NCBI GenBank assembly: GCA_050084515.1
Contig: CM114271.1
Span: forward strand, 34,286,001 to 34,350,000
Direction: 5' to 3'
DNA length: 64,000 bases
Source of the DNA: Blasia pusilla
Taxonomy: Eukaryota
A program made the translations under genes and the position numbers. Below, in pieces: positions 1 through 12,700 of this stretch. Each line of letters starts with the position of its first letter. The stretch's first letter is position 1. A model generated the notes under the pieces. The model saw nothing but the letters and a program-made list of their open reading frames with translations. It did not search any database and was not told the origin of the DNA.

Positions 1-3000
1 CCACAATCACATACGGTCCAGCAAACTTGGCAGACAGCTTCGCAGACAACTCTTTCGGAAGAGTGAGATTCTTCACACTCAACCACACTTGCTCTCCAAC
101 TTGGAATCACATTTGGCGCCGACTCTTGTTAGCATGCTTAATGTACCTCATTTGAGCCTATGCAAGACTTTACCTTGCTCGCTCTTCCCGTTCTCGCATT
201 TCTACCAACAAACCTTTTGCCATCGCTTGTCGTGTTCGTGCCAATTTAGTACCCTTCGAAAGGGCTAGGTCAAGAGGCCCTTCTGGCTCTCGTCCATTTT
301 CCAGGAGAAACGGAGATTCTACAGTTGCAGAATGCTTGGTCGAGTTGTAGCAGTACTCCGCCATGCTCAGCCACTTGACCCAATCTTGTTGATCAGCACT
401 GACATAATTCCTTAAGTAGTGATTCACGATTGAGTTTACCTTTTCAGTCTGTCCATCCATCTGTGGGTGAAAAGCCGTACTGAAACTCAGCTTGGTCTTA
501 AACCTCCTAAACAAGTGCTTCCGAAAAGCACTGGTAAACTTTGGATTTCGATCTGAAACAATGCTCCTCGGAAAACCGTGAGCCCGCCACCAGCTATCGA
601 GAAACAGTTGCGACGTCGTATAAGCCGTTGCGGAAACCACCGTCGGCACGAATCTCGCCAACTTGCTAAACCGATCAACAATCACAAGTATAGCGTTGTA
701 TCCCTCAGATTTCGGAAGACTCGTGATAAAATCCATACTCATACTTTGCAAGGGTCTTTCTGGGATCGGAAAGGGATGCAGCAAGCCTTGTTTCTTATCA
801 TAAGAAACTCTATTCGTTGGGCAAGGTCAGAGGTCTTCACATATTGAGCAACATCCTCTTTCATGTTGGGCCAAAAGAATCGCTTCGACAAAACAGCCAG
901 CGTAGATTTCTCTCCTTTATGTCCTGCCAAGGGTTTGTCGTGACACTCCGCTAACACTTTGGTTCGCATCCTGCCTTGCCCTACATAGATCCTACTCTGC
1001 TTGAACTTTAGTAAACCGTGCCTCAAACTTATGTTGGCCACCTTCTCACCCTGCTTCAACTTCCTCAGGTACTCCCCTCCGTGAGCATCCTTCATATATC
1101 CTTCACGAATCCTTCTTTCCAGGTCTGTTTCTTTAGGGAACATTGCTCTCAAGACCTGTGTCGTCGATGGCATGTGTTCCTCCTTGCGACTCAACGCATC
1201 TGGAATCACATTATCTTTACCTGGCTTGTGAATCAACTCAACATTCATCAGCGCCAAGGTATCATGCCATCGCAGTTTTTTTGGTGTCACTCGATTCTGG
1301 GTCTCAAAATACTTGAGTGATATATTATCGGTGAATACTCGAGTCCTGTGGAGCCCTAGATAATGCCGCCACTTCCTCAAGCAATGTACCACCGCGAACA
1401 ACTCTTTCTCGTTAGTGGGCCATCTCCTTTCAGTATCGCTAAGCTTCTTGCTCTTGTACGCTATGGGTCTCCCTTCTTGCACCAACATTCTTGCAACCGC
1501 GAAATCACTAGCATCGGTATGCACTTCGGACGGTTTGTCAAACTCCGGCAGCTTCAATACTGGTTCCTGCGATAGAATCTGCTTCACTCGGCTGAATGCC
1601 TCGTTAACTTCCTGGGTCCAAACCGTGTTGGCAAACTTTGTTGTCCAATCCGTGAGAGGCCTCATAATTCCCGAAATTTTTTTCACATAAGTGCGATAGA
1701 ACTGCACCGCACCTATGAACCTCCTCATCCCCTTTACAGTGGATGGGGGTTCCCACTCGACAATCGCTTTCACCTTCTCCATGTCTGGACTGACGCCATC
1801 TGCACTAACCACGTGACCCAAGAATTTGATCTTGCTCAAACCAAATTCGCTCTTCTCTACATTCGCATACAGCTGATTTGCCCTTAGCTTAGACAAGACC
1901 GCTCTCACATGTCGAACGTGCTCCTCTAGTGACTTCAAATAGATAAGTATATAGTCAATATAGATGATAACATACTCATCCATTTCCTTGTGAAAAATGG
2001 AGTTCATCAATGTGGTGAACGTCGGAGGGGCGTTACATAGACCAGAAGGCATCACTACAAACTCAAAGGAACCGTATCTTGTCCTACACGTAGTCTTCTC
2101 CACATCTGCCTCGGAAATCCGGATCTGGTAATATCCTGACTTCAAGTCAATCCTACTGAAATATCTCGCGCGTGCCAGCCTATCGAAGAGATCATCTATC
2201 CTCGGAAGAGGATAATTGTTTTGAACCGTCACTTTATTAAGCGCACGGTAATCAACACATAGCCTCATCTTTCCATCCTTCTTCTTCACAAAAAGAACTG
2301 GTGCTCCATAAGGTGACTTGCTAGTCCTAATGTAACCCTTTTCCAAGAGCTCACTTAACTGCCTTTTCAACTCAAGAAGTTCCTCCTGATTCAACCTATA
2401 TGGTGTTTCTGAAGGCGGTTGGGAACCAGGTATGATCTCTATCTTATGATGGACGGCTCTGTGTGGCGGAAATTCTGTCGGAAGCTCATTTGTCAAGACA
2501 TCCTCAAACTCCTTGACCACTTCTTGGAGTGGTTCTAGGATTCCCCTCGAAGCAGTGTCCTGATCTCTGGGTATTCTGCTTGTAGCCTCCTCCACTTGTC
2601 TCATCAAGCAGAGAAATCCATTCTCCAACTCGGTCATGCTCCTCCTTGTAATCGAGTTCACTAATTCCTTTTTCACCGGAACCTCACGGACCAACCGCAC
2701 CTATAACCGTTTGCCTTTTAGCAAGACGCTCAACCTCAAGGGTCTACGTCTTAACCCCACCTCATACGCATCTAGGAATGTATTCCCCAAGACTCTGTCA
2801 ATGCCATCCATTTCGCACATAGTTAAATTCTCCTTCAACTCGAATACCCCGCATCCTACAGTCAAACCCAAGACCAATTCAGAAGTCCGATGAGACTTGC
2901 CTCCTGCAAATCCTACTCGAATGGGCTCATCCGCCTTAGAGGTAGACAACCCGAGTTCCTTCACGATTCTCGGGCTTAGGAAGGATTGCGAAGCACCTGT

Positions 3001-4198
3001 ATCCACGAGCAACAACACATCGCGATCAGCAATCTTGGATCTTAGGTACACCAAATTGTGCGTCCTCTTGGTGACTTGAAGGGACGTCTTGAGATCACCC
3101 GCCAACAGATGCTTAGCAGAAAATGCAATCATACTCCCATAACTAACCTTCGGTTTCGAACACACTTTCGCTAGGTGCTCCGCTTCGCCACAGTTGTAGC
3201 ATATGACCTTGCCGTTCCCTGACTTTGAGTGATGTCCTCCTCTCGGCTTCGCATGAAGTTCCACTCGTTTTGCTACGGTGCAGACGACTCTCCTGGATCG
3301 TGCAGGCTTCCACTCCAGACTCTTTTGAACGTCTCCTTATTTTTCGACTGCTTTGAAAAACCTTTTGGCTCAAAGGGTTTCTGGGTTTGGACCTCATCGT
3401 CTCCAATCCGCTCTGCTAGCTTCCGAAGATCCGCGCAGGTATCTGGAAAGATTGGCATTCGGTAAAGGGCCTTTTCAGCGCTCGGCTTGAGTCCACTAAT
3501 GAAGATAGCCTTCTTCGCGTGCTCATCCATCTTTGGAAGAGAAGTCAGTTTCGCACTAAACTCCCTCACATACGCGCTTAAGGAACCACTCTGCCGCATC
3601 CGCACGCATTCCACCGTGTCGCACAACCCTTGGTACTCCAGAGTGAATCAATCCCCAATCAACACCTTAAACTCCTCCCAACTTGAGGTGACTCGCTGGC
3701 CAGATATTCCTCTTGTTGAGTTGTCCACCATTGTAGCGCATGATCCTTCAGGAAAGTAACGGCTACCGACACCTTGTCCTGCTCAGCTGCCCTCAGCGCC
3801 TTGAAGTACAGTTCCAATTCCGTAAGGAAATCCTTCACTTTCCGCGAGCGCCCCACCCCAACGAATGGCGTGGGCAGGTTTGTCTTGCAGAGCTTTTTGC
3901 CCACACCCGGAGTTCGGGTGGCCTCTAACTCTGCAATCCGATTGCTTTTCTGGGACATATGCTCCACCAACAGCTTCAACAAGTCCAATGTCTGGCTTGA
4001 CTCGGTCCGTTCCCTTGAGTTTGGGCCCGATGGCCCCGCGAAAGGATTCGCATCTAGAACGTCCTCACGACTGGCATTCAGCTCTTCGGGAGTCTCCGTC
4101 TCCTCCATAGCTTCACGGTCCGGCATTGGTTCCTCTCTTGGTTCATGTCGCTTGATTCGGCGCTTCTTGGGTTGTTCTCCCTCAAACGCCATTTTCAA
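1..4198 (-). pseudogene. gag-pol polyprotein remnant of family A
   Basis: Split over ORFs 3659-4198, 3273-3626, 2701-3264, 739-2700 and 170-784 by frameshifts and an in-frame stop at 2701-2703. The RT active site reads YIDY instead of YIDD, and the integrase reads SDRNPKF instead of SDRDPKF. Confidence 0.92.
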
Positions 4199-4312
4199 GC
4201 CAACTCACTCAGATCTCCTCCTCGTTTCTTGCGTCCCTCCTCGAGCGTCTGAGTCTAGCCGCTACCTTGAGTTTTCCCAAGCATCCACTTCATCCCACGA
4301 CCCCAAGGACTT

Positions 4313-4324
4313 GCTCTGATACCA
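4313..4324 (-). promoter_or_regulatory. Primer-binding site complementary to the 3' end of initiator tRNA-Met
   Basis: Minus strand TGGTATCAGAGC lies 2 nt after the LTR end (...GCGACA). Confidence 0.93.
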
Positions 4325-4326
4325 CT

Positions 4327-5327
4327 TGTCGCGTCCCTACTCTCCTTGAACATCAATCTTTAGTGTTGCGGGAGCGTACGTTCAGTAGGACACGATCTCA
4401 TCACCAATCTGCACCCAAACACGCACTCTCGTTAGTCGGGTCTGGGCCAACCAGTGTTCCAACCCACCGAGTTCTCAACTTGGCGTCTCATCAAGCTCAA
4501 CCTTCATTAATTCCTAGTTTCCAAAACATGGCAAGTCCTTCAAGACTTGGAACAGACTTCTTGATTAGTCCAGGAACCTAAAATGGCACTCGCGCGCTAG
4601 CGATCCCAACTGTTCAACGGACCTCGTGCGAGTTGCTAACCGAGATCCAAGTAATTGAGTCGCGGGGTGAAATCCAAGAGGGATGTCTAAAATCGCCTTC
4701 GTAGACTTGGTTCAGGTTTTCCAACCCAACCCCAAACTCTCGTTCCGTTCCATGCCCTTGAGCCGCCCCATGGCGCCCCAAAGTGGGGTTTGAGTTCCAA
4801 ACACTCTCGAGACCTTCCCCCTTACTAGTACTTCTGGGGTTCTCCAATAACACCCCCCGCCTTGGAAAAGGAGGGTCGGGCTTATCATTGTGGCCCTCAA
4901 CCCGACTCTACTTACAGTCGTTTCCGGGTTGTTTCTCAGCTGCTGCTTATGCGTTTGCAAAGATCTTTAGTGCGTTTGAACCGGCTTTCCATAAGCCTTC
5001 CAACACACCCTTTTTTAATCCAAATGCATGTTGGCGCTAAAATTTATGGTTATAAGTACAGTCGGAAACTCTCAAACGCTAGTGGAGTTCCAAATCCGGA
5101 TTCTTCCTTTGGCAACCCACTTTCTAGACTCGACTTCTTTCAAGTCTTATTCCGCGTTTGGTCCAGGTTTCTCGGTCGCAACGACAACATCTAAAACGGA
5201 AGCCTCGCTTGCGTCTCGTCTCTTGTCTCTTCTTCGAGACTACTCCAACGCGCAAACCATCTTAGCGTGAGCCCGCTAATGTTCCGATGTTCCGCTTGGC
5301 ACTCGTTTGGTCATGAGGGTCGTGACC
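4327..5327 (-). repeat. 5' LTR of family A (~1.0 kb)
   Basis: Collinear with 13077-14085 and inverted at 40909-41816. The 3' end CA is next to the PBS, and the 5' end reads GGTCACG (mutated from TG). Confidence 0.9.
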
Positions 5328-6382
5328 GTTATGTAGCGATGTGTATACGTACGAAAAACTTCATCAAGGTTGTACTTGGAGAAATTTTGTTTTTGCAAAT
5401 TGATGTTCTTCCTAGGGAGAGATATGTATATGACGGGGATGTTTCCCACATCCCATACTTGTGCCGTACCCGCCACTCGTCTCAAGGATAGCATGGATGC
5501 AAATTCTATTTTTTTCTCCATGTCCAACAAGTCCCCCACGCCCCCAACCGCACACCCGTAGCCAAGTTGGGCGCTTGAACCTTACACATGCAAATTGGGA
5601 TGACGAAAAGCTTGTGCGCAAGGGCAGGACTTGTGGAGATAAGTTTGTTTCCTTGTAACCTTGTACTTCGTTGACCTTCACCTTTAGAGCTTGAAGTACT
5701 TGAAAATCCATCCCAAAGCGCCCTACATCACATTAATTAGAATATTGCAAATGACTTGGTAAGGTGTCTCTTGGCCATTTTCATTGCGATAATCAAGCAC
5801 GTAATCCACCATGTTGGATTCCAATGATTTTTTTGTACTCCACTTCTTTTGATTGTTGATCTTGCCTCTTCTTGTTCTTAATTTTCACTAAAATTTCATC
5901 GAGCTATACCTAGTATGTCATAACATTCACATATTAAATATAGTTTTCTTAATGAACACATAAGGCTTGTCTAAGACAAGAAGAGCTTTCCATTCAAAAC
6001 TATGAATTTTTTCCTTATCTTGCATGATCTCACGCATCTAATTGATTTGAAGAATACTTTAAAAGTTTCAATTTAAAACTCTATGAATGTAGGAGTGTGG
6101 ACACACCCCATACTTTCACGCTAAAAGATCCTTGTCAAGTGTACATACCCATAATGCTTTGAAATATGAGAAACCATGGAGATTTCCTCGAATAGAAATA
6201 AAACCAGTTGTCATAAGTTCAAAGTTGTGTAAGATTTTTTTTACAACCTCCTCTTATCTATCACCATTTCCAAGGATTAAAAAAAAGCTAATTTTATCCA
6301 TGACATCAAATTAAACATGCACATATCAAGAACGATTAGCTTGAGCAATTCTTGTGATCTAACACCAAATTTGCATTAAATT

Positions 6383-8325
6383 CTCGTGCCCCTCTTACAC
6401 GATGACTCTCAATCTCGCAAGTAATTCCTCAATCACTAAAACTAAACATGCGGCACTCAATCTACACTCTCTAACTGAGACGTGTGCTAGGCGGCAACAA
6501 ACGGCGCGGTCCGGTATATCAATTGATCTATCGTCTTGTCGACAACCCATCCTCAACTCTGGACATCCCACACATGTCTATATCCCCTAAAACCATACAT
6601 CATTGATGCTCTCAGCATCAGCACGAAACCCAATATCCCAAATAACTTCCCAATACCCAGAAATCCCTCACACGTGCAAGGTAAGAGACCAAAATGGGTA
6701 ACCTGACAATAATGTTGACAAAAATGGGCTCCTTGGCAATTGCAAATCTCGATCCCAACTTGGTCGTGAAGACAACTCCTCCAATCAGCAAGTTGTATTC
6801 CTCCTCGATGTGCGGTGCAGGTCTAGCGGTCTGGTAGGGCACTGGCAACACGGAACGTCTACAAATGGCATGGCACTAGGGAATGGGGTGCGGCACTCGG
6901 CGGCATACCCTCCTTAGTCAGAAATTCACACGTTGTGCTCCTTAGTGAAGGAGCGGCTCGGCGATCGAGACGGTGCAGTGTGGCCACAAGCGTCGGGGCA
7001 CATTGCGGCTACGGGCGTCACGGCACGGTACTTGATCGTCGTCGAGCGGCTACCAATCACAACATAGCAGCATGTAATGAAAACTCAAACACCATAACCC
7101 AAAGTCACCTGCCATAAACTGGTTGATGACAAAATTGCAATGACCATGGCGGCCAAAACAAAGTACATGATGGCGGCGCAAGTCAAAAAAGCAACTGTCG
7201 TCGTGGAAGACCCTCCACTCCGTAATGGCGGAAATGGCAACCAAGGGTGAACAACGGCCGAACGTGGCTCTGAGCAGCACTTATGCGGCAACGGCAGCCG
7301 ATGATGGATGGTGGACGGTGGATCGTTGACGGTGATGATGGATCATTGATAATGACGATTGACCTTCGACGGCAGACCGTTGACTGTGACTATGACGGCG
7401 GCGGCTGGTTTAGGGTTTGAACAATTTAACCCTAAAAATTGCCTAGCAAAAGCAGTTTTGCAAGATTGACCATAATTTTTTGCTCAAAACTCCAAATTAC
7501 GCACCGTCTATTGCACAGTTTCACGATCTACAATGGCATCCAAAAATATTTTGAATCGGACTAGTAAAACTTGACGGGGATTGTCGTAAATCCCAATGTC
7601 TCTTTCTCCTATCGAAAATTGGGCAGCGCTTTCACGTGTCACTCTCCCGTACAAAAAATCAGCAAAGAAAAACACCAAAATCGCACGATTCTTGCTCCGG
7701 TAAGCACTCCCATGAGCCATGAAGCGGGGAACACGGTCCGCCAACCTGTAGCAAACATCGAGCAACCAGCGAGCTCCCCCATGAAGCTCTCTCACCCTCT
7801 CTTTGTAAATCAAGATCCAATCTCTCTCAACATCATAATTCTTAAATGTGTGCACTCTCATATGTCTCTCTCAATATCAAACCAAACTCACTCTCCTAAT
7901 CAGAGGCTTGGGTTACACACACAAGGCAAGTAAGACCATAGGTCCATCGCCTCATGCCAAGAGGTTCAACAACAAAAAAAAGAATGAGCTCTCAAGCTCT
8001 CTCTCCTTGAGGTATACCCCTCCCCTCTCCCAAGCTCTCTCCATGGTAACCTATGCTCCCAAGTCACCTCCTTGGCTTTTGACCTGATGTAGGTGGTCAA
8101 GGGCCACTTACAAGAAATAGAAAGTCGACCATATACTCAAAATGGTACTTACCTAAAATAGTAAGTTTCTCAATATGGCTACAAATGAGCCGAAACGAAG
8201 GGGAAATCTATGCTCTCACGTTTCCCAGGGCCTCACCATGTCATCCTCCACCTCTTGAGCCTCTCCTCCACTACTCTCGAAGGCGCTCTACTAGATCTCA
8301 CTAATCTATCCTAAAAGACGTGATA
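6383..8325 (-). repeat. Family B ~2-kb LTR-like repeat, copy 1
   Basis: Collinear with 10648-12700 (shared CTCGTGCCCCTCT start, CGAGCGGCTACCAATCACAACATAGCAGCA, telobox pair, ATCTATCCTAA...CGTGA end). Its right part is closest to the inverted fragment at 43064-43552. Confidence 0.8.
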
Positions 8326-8539
8326 AGTCGCTATTGAATAAAGTCCAAAACAAGTCAATTTTAAATATAGCTTTTGGATTTCATCTAGTCATGGTATGTC
8401 AAAGTCGGTCTATATTGGAAGTAGAAGGTGGAAATTTCTTTACTCATAATAAATCTACCTATTTTGGGACGTTAAAGTCTCCAATTGTGTTGAATATTTA
8501 TATTGCTATTCCCTTATCTTGCCTTTAAATTTATTCTCC

Positions 8540-10637
8540 TCCTCCGGGAACATCAATTTGCATATTTCTACAATGGTCTAGGAGTCATTGGGCTTCTAAT
8601 AGCTAGCAACGTGGACGGCCCGAGCATCCGCTCTAGGGGCAGGTCCATCAACTCCTCTGCAATCACCTCTCAATGTGATGCAGGAACTCCAACTCCGCAC
8701 TCATATAGTGAAGCGGCCAGCCGAAAAGCCTCGGCGGGCGTACCCCCCAACGTCATAACATCGGAAGCAGAAAATAAAGGAGTGCGGTACACCATGGTGG
8801 CCGCCCCCAACAACGTGCTCAACACATGCCCCTCCTGAGCATCAACAATAGGAGTCGTCGCACTCGCTTCTCCCATTGCCCTCCGTGCATGCACACCAAC
8901 AACATCACCAACTCTCCAGGAACTTTGATGAGGACCCATTGATGGGGTCTTCATCGCTTCAAACAACGTGAAAGACTGAGGAAGTCTAGTCTGTTTCCTG
9001 GCTTCCCCTCGTTGTGGATCCAACTCTACGGCTGCTCCACGCATCACAACTGCGGCTGCCTCCATCTGGGCAACCCCGCACATCTAGCCAAGATCCTCCA
9101 TATCTCTGGCTGCTCCATATGATGTCGATGCCACGGATCCGACATCGGGTAATCTCAATGCCACAGCGGCAATCTGCTCCTATAGTTGATGTATCTGAGC
9201 AGCCATCCTAGCCTCACGCCCGGCATCTCCCTCGACGCTTCTAGGTGGTAGGACTCTACCTCCTCCACGGGCAGCTCCATCACCGTGTCGGTCAACTCCA
9301 ACTCCTCGTCCCCCAATGAGACCACCCGGTGCACGATCTCTAGCCCACCCGGACCGGCTACTCGCTCTGGTGCCCTCTCTAGCCCTCGGTCCGAACGTAA
9401 CTCAAGATGTAAACTGAAACATCTGGCGCGTGTATGATCATACCTCTGACAATAGTCACATTGATAACCTCCTGGTGCAACACCATCTTCGCCTCCATGC
9501 TGAGGCACACGTCCATGACCCTGACGAGTGCAATCGCGCTGATGATGGGCTTCACCACATGACCAACAAGTAATAGTAGGCGGCTGCTGTTGAGCCGCAT
9601 ATGAAGGCGCAGGTCTTTGTGGCACGGATCCCCGGTATCCTCCCTAAGCTCGCGGTGCCACAGTCGACCTATCTCGGAGTCCACGTTGCTGCACAGGTTG
9701 TGCAGACAATTGCGAATGCTCTCGCCCAGAATCCATGGTGGCTACGCTCAATGTTCAGGGCAGTCCTAAAAACATCTCTCAACGTAGGGGAGGTGTTCAT
9801 AGAAGCACCCCTCCCGCACCCGTGTCTGTAGGGTCTAATCCAGCATCGCGTACCATGACTGGATAGCCTGAGCCTCTGTCATCCCTGAGTGACGTTGATC
9901 AACCGGCACAAGCGAGTATAAGCCTCACGCAAACTCTCACCTGGGCGCCTGTGGAAGTCGTGGATGCTCCATAACTTCTCCATCCGTACCCCCTGGTAGC
10001 TTGCCCTCAACCCAGCAAAGAACTCAACCACAGGGTTGAACCTAGGACGAACCCGACTAGATGATGCAACTGCCCCAGTTCGACTCACCCCTCCTAGTAC
10101 ATCACTAGTGGAAGACAAAGTAGCCTCTCCTAACTCCTCCTCCTCATCTGGGAATGGCTTTGTCCATGACATGTAATGTGGGTCATAGTAGAGCATCCAC
10201 GCCTCGATCTCATGTGCATATCTCTGAGAGAACTCATGGTAATTGTCCATGGGCGCCCCCTCTAAATGTTGGAACATACCGTTCCATGTTGTAAACGGGT
10301 TGAACTCTCTAGAGTTCTTGGCCTGCTGGGAGTCGCATCAACTCCTAAACTCTGCTATGAAATCGTGCAACTCAATCGTGCCTATTGCACCTGAAAACCT
10401 CGTGATCCTCTCGCCGGTGGTCCATCTAAAGACGCCATGGCTGGTAGGACCACTCAAAATGTGTGGCGATGTGATCACAAACTCCTCTACACCCTCCCCC
10501 TTGTCTGAAAATGAAACAGAAGGAGGTCGAGGTGGTTCCTCACGTGGAGACCCTCGGAACCTCGCGCCACTGCACGTAAAACCTCTAGAGCTACTCTCGC
10601 GCTTACCACCTCGCCTCTCAAAGTCCCGAATGGACGT
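8540..10637 (-). pseudogene. Decayed gag and downstream region of a second gypsy family
   Basis: Reads through stops as ...RFSGAIGTIELHDFIAEFRS*CDSQ...MFQHLEGAPMDNYHEF...FHRRPGESLREAYTRL..., with zinc knuckles CWSCGEAHHQRDC and CDYCQRYDHTRARC. Bases 9230-9550 match 41901-42210 inverted. Confidence 0.8.
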
Positions 10638-12700
10638 TGTGATGACCCTCGTGCCCCTCTCACTCTATCACTCTCAACCTCTTGTTTAATCCCTCAATCA
10701 CTCATCCCAAACATGCGGCACTCGATCTACACTCTCCCTCCCCGAGACGTGTAACGTGCGGCAACAAGCAGCGTGGTGCGGAAAATCAACCACGCTATCA
10801 TCTCATCGACAACCTACCCTCAAATCCGGACATCCCACTTAGGTCTATGTCCCCTAAAACACATACATGCTGCTCTCAGCATCCACACAACCCAATATCC
10901 CCAAATAAACTACCCAAATCCCGGAATCCCTCACGCGTAGGGTAAAAGACCATAATGGGTAACCTGAACACATGTCGATGTCGCTCCTCAGCAATTGCAA
11001 ATCTCGACCCCAACTCGGTCGTGGAGACAGCTCCTCCAATCAGCAAGTCATACTTCTCCCGCACTGACGCTGCTCAAAACTCCTTGATGGACAGTGCGGT
11101 TCCAGCGGAACGCTGCAGCGTTGCAGGCGGCACGGAACGGCTGCGAACGGCATGGCCCTCGATGGTGGGATGCAGCACTCGGCGGCATACCCTCCTCAAT
11201 CAACAATAAACCCACACTCTGCTCCATAAGGACGGTGCGGCTCCGCGATCGAGACGGTACGGTGCGGCCACGAGCGGCATAGCGCGGCAACGGCGGCGCG
11301 TTGCGGCTACGGGCGTCACGGCACGGTACTCGATCGTCGTCGAGCGGCTACCAATCACAACATAGCAGCATTAAATCAAAAATCAAACACCATAACCGGA
11401 GGTCATCTGCCATCCCTGGTTGATGACAAAATTGCGATGATGGTGGCGGCCAAAACAAAGTACGTGGTGGCGACACAAGTCAGAGAATCAACGAACGTCG
11501 TGGAAGACCCTCCACTCTGTAAGGGCGGCAATGGCAACCAAAGGGTGGACAACGGACGGTGGACCGTTGATGGTGATGGCTGACCGGTGATGGTTGACCA
11601 TCAATTGTAGACCGTTGACGGTGACTATGACGGCGACGGCCGCCGCTGGCATGGCGGCTGGTTTAGGGTTTGAACAATTTAACCCTAAAATTGCCTAGCC
11701 ATGGCAGTTTTGCAAGATTGACCATAATTTTTTGCTCGCAACTTTGAATTGTGCACTATTTGTTGCACAGTGTGCACAGCTTCATGATCTACGACAACAT
11801 CAAAAAATATTTAGAATCGAACATTCCAATTAAAACTAACAGGGATTGTTGTAAAGCCCAATGTCTCTTTCTCCTACACAAAATTTGGCAGTGCTTCCGC
11901 GCTGATTTCTCCCAACGAAAATGTAAAACCTGTAAAAATATAAATCAACAAGCTACATGGTGCTCCCGAGATCACCGGCATGGGGCAACCCGCCCCCATA
12001 ATCAATCCCTATCAGAAATTGGGCAGCGCTCCCGCACGCCACTCTTCCATACGAAAAATCGGCAAATGCAAAGAACAATCAAAGTAGCCCTTGCTCCGGT
12101 GAGCACTCCCATGAGCCGCTGAATGGGGAACATGGTCCCCAACTTGCAAAAACAGCGATTGACTAGCGAGCTCCCCCATGAAGCTCTCTCACTCTCTCAT
12201 TCTCTCTTTGTAAAATAAAATCCAATCTCTCTCTACACCATCTCACACCATAGCTCTCAAAGGTGTGCACTCTCTCTCATGTCAAACCAAACCCACTCTC
12301 CTAATAAGAGGCTTGGGTTACACTGACAAGGCAAGGGACCATAGCTCCGCCGCCTCATGCCAAGAGGTTCAACAAAGAGAGAATGAGCTCTCAAGCTCCC
12401 TCTCTTGGAGGTATACCCCCTTCCCTCTCCCAAGCCCTCTCAACCGTAACCTATACTCGCACGTCACCTCCTCGGCTCTTGACCTGCTGTAGCGGGTCAA
12501 GGGCCACTTCCCAAAGTGGAAACTTATCCAAAATAGTTAGTTTCTCTATATGGCTCCAAATGGACTAAAACGAAGGGGAAACCTGCTCTCTCAGGTTTCT
12601 CGGAGCCTCAGCAGGTCATTCTCGACCTCCTAGGCTTGTCCTCCACTAGTCGTGAAGACACTTTGCTAGATCCCACCGATCTATCCTAACAGTCGTGACA
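10638..12700 (-). repeat. Family B ~2-kb LTR-like repeat, copy 2
   Basis: On the minus strand it starts TGTCACG at 12700 and ends ...CATCACA at 10638. It is collinear with copy 1, has an extra internal repeat unit around 11880-12060, and directly abuts the gag remnant. The flanks GACGT and CGGGC do not form a TSD. Confidence 0.8.

Larger units (their letters stand above)
1..5327 (-). mobile_element. Ty3/gypsy LTR retrotransposon, family A (chromovirus/Galadriel-like), decayed; 3' end runs off the left edge
   Basis: The minus-strand order is LTR, PBS, gag (CYNCGEAEHLAKVC knuckle), protease (LVDTGAS), RT (LPRIDDL, DLKSGYYQ), RNase H (TDASD, EKELFAVVHCLRKWRHYL), integrase (SMDFITSLP, HPQMDGQTE) and GPY (KFAGPY). 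The RT-RH-INT order defines Ty3/gypsy. Confidence 0.95.

Noticed and set aside
2701..2703. In-frame TAG between protease and RT as programmed readthrough
   Set aside because: The element has several other frameshifts and active-site mutations, so decay is the simpler explanation.
6383..12700. Copies 1 and 2 of repeat B as the paired LTRs of one intact element
   Set aside because: They are clearly diverged, copy 1 is closer to the 43-kb fragment, and there is no TSD and no pol between them.
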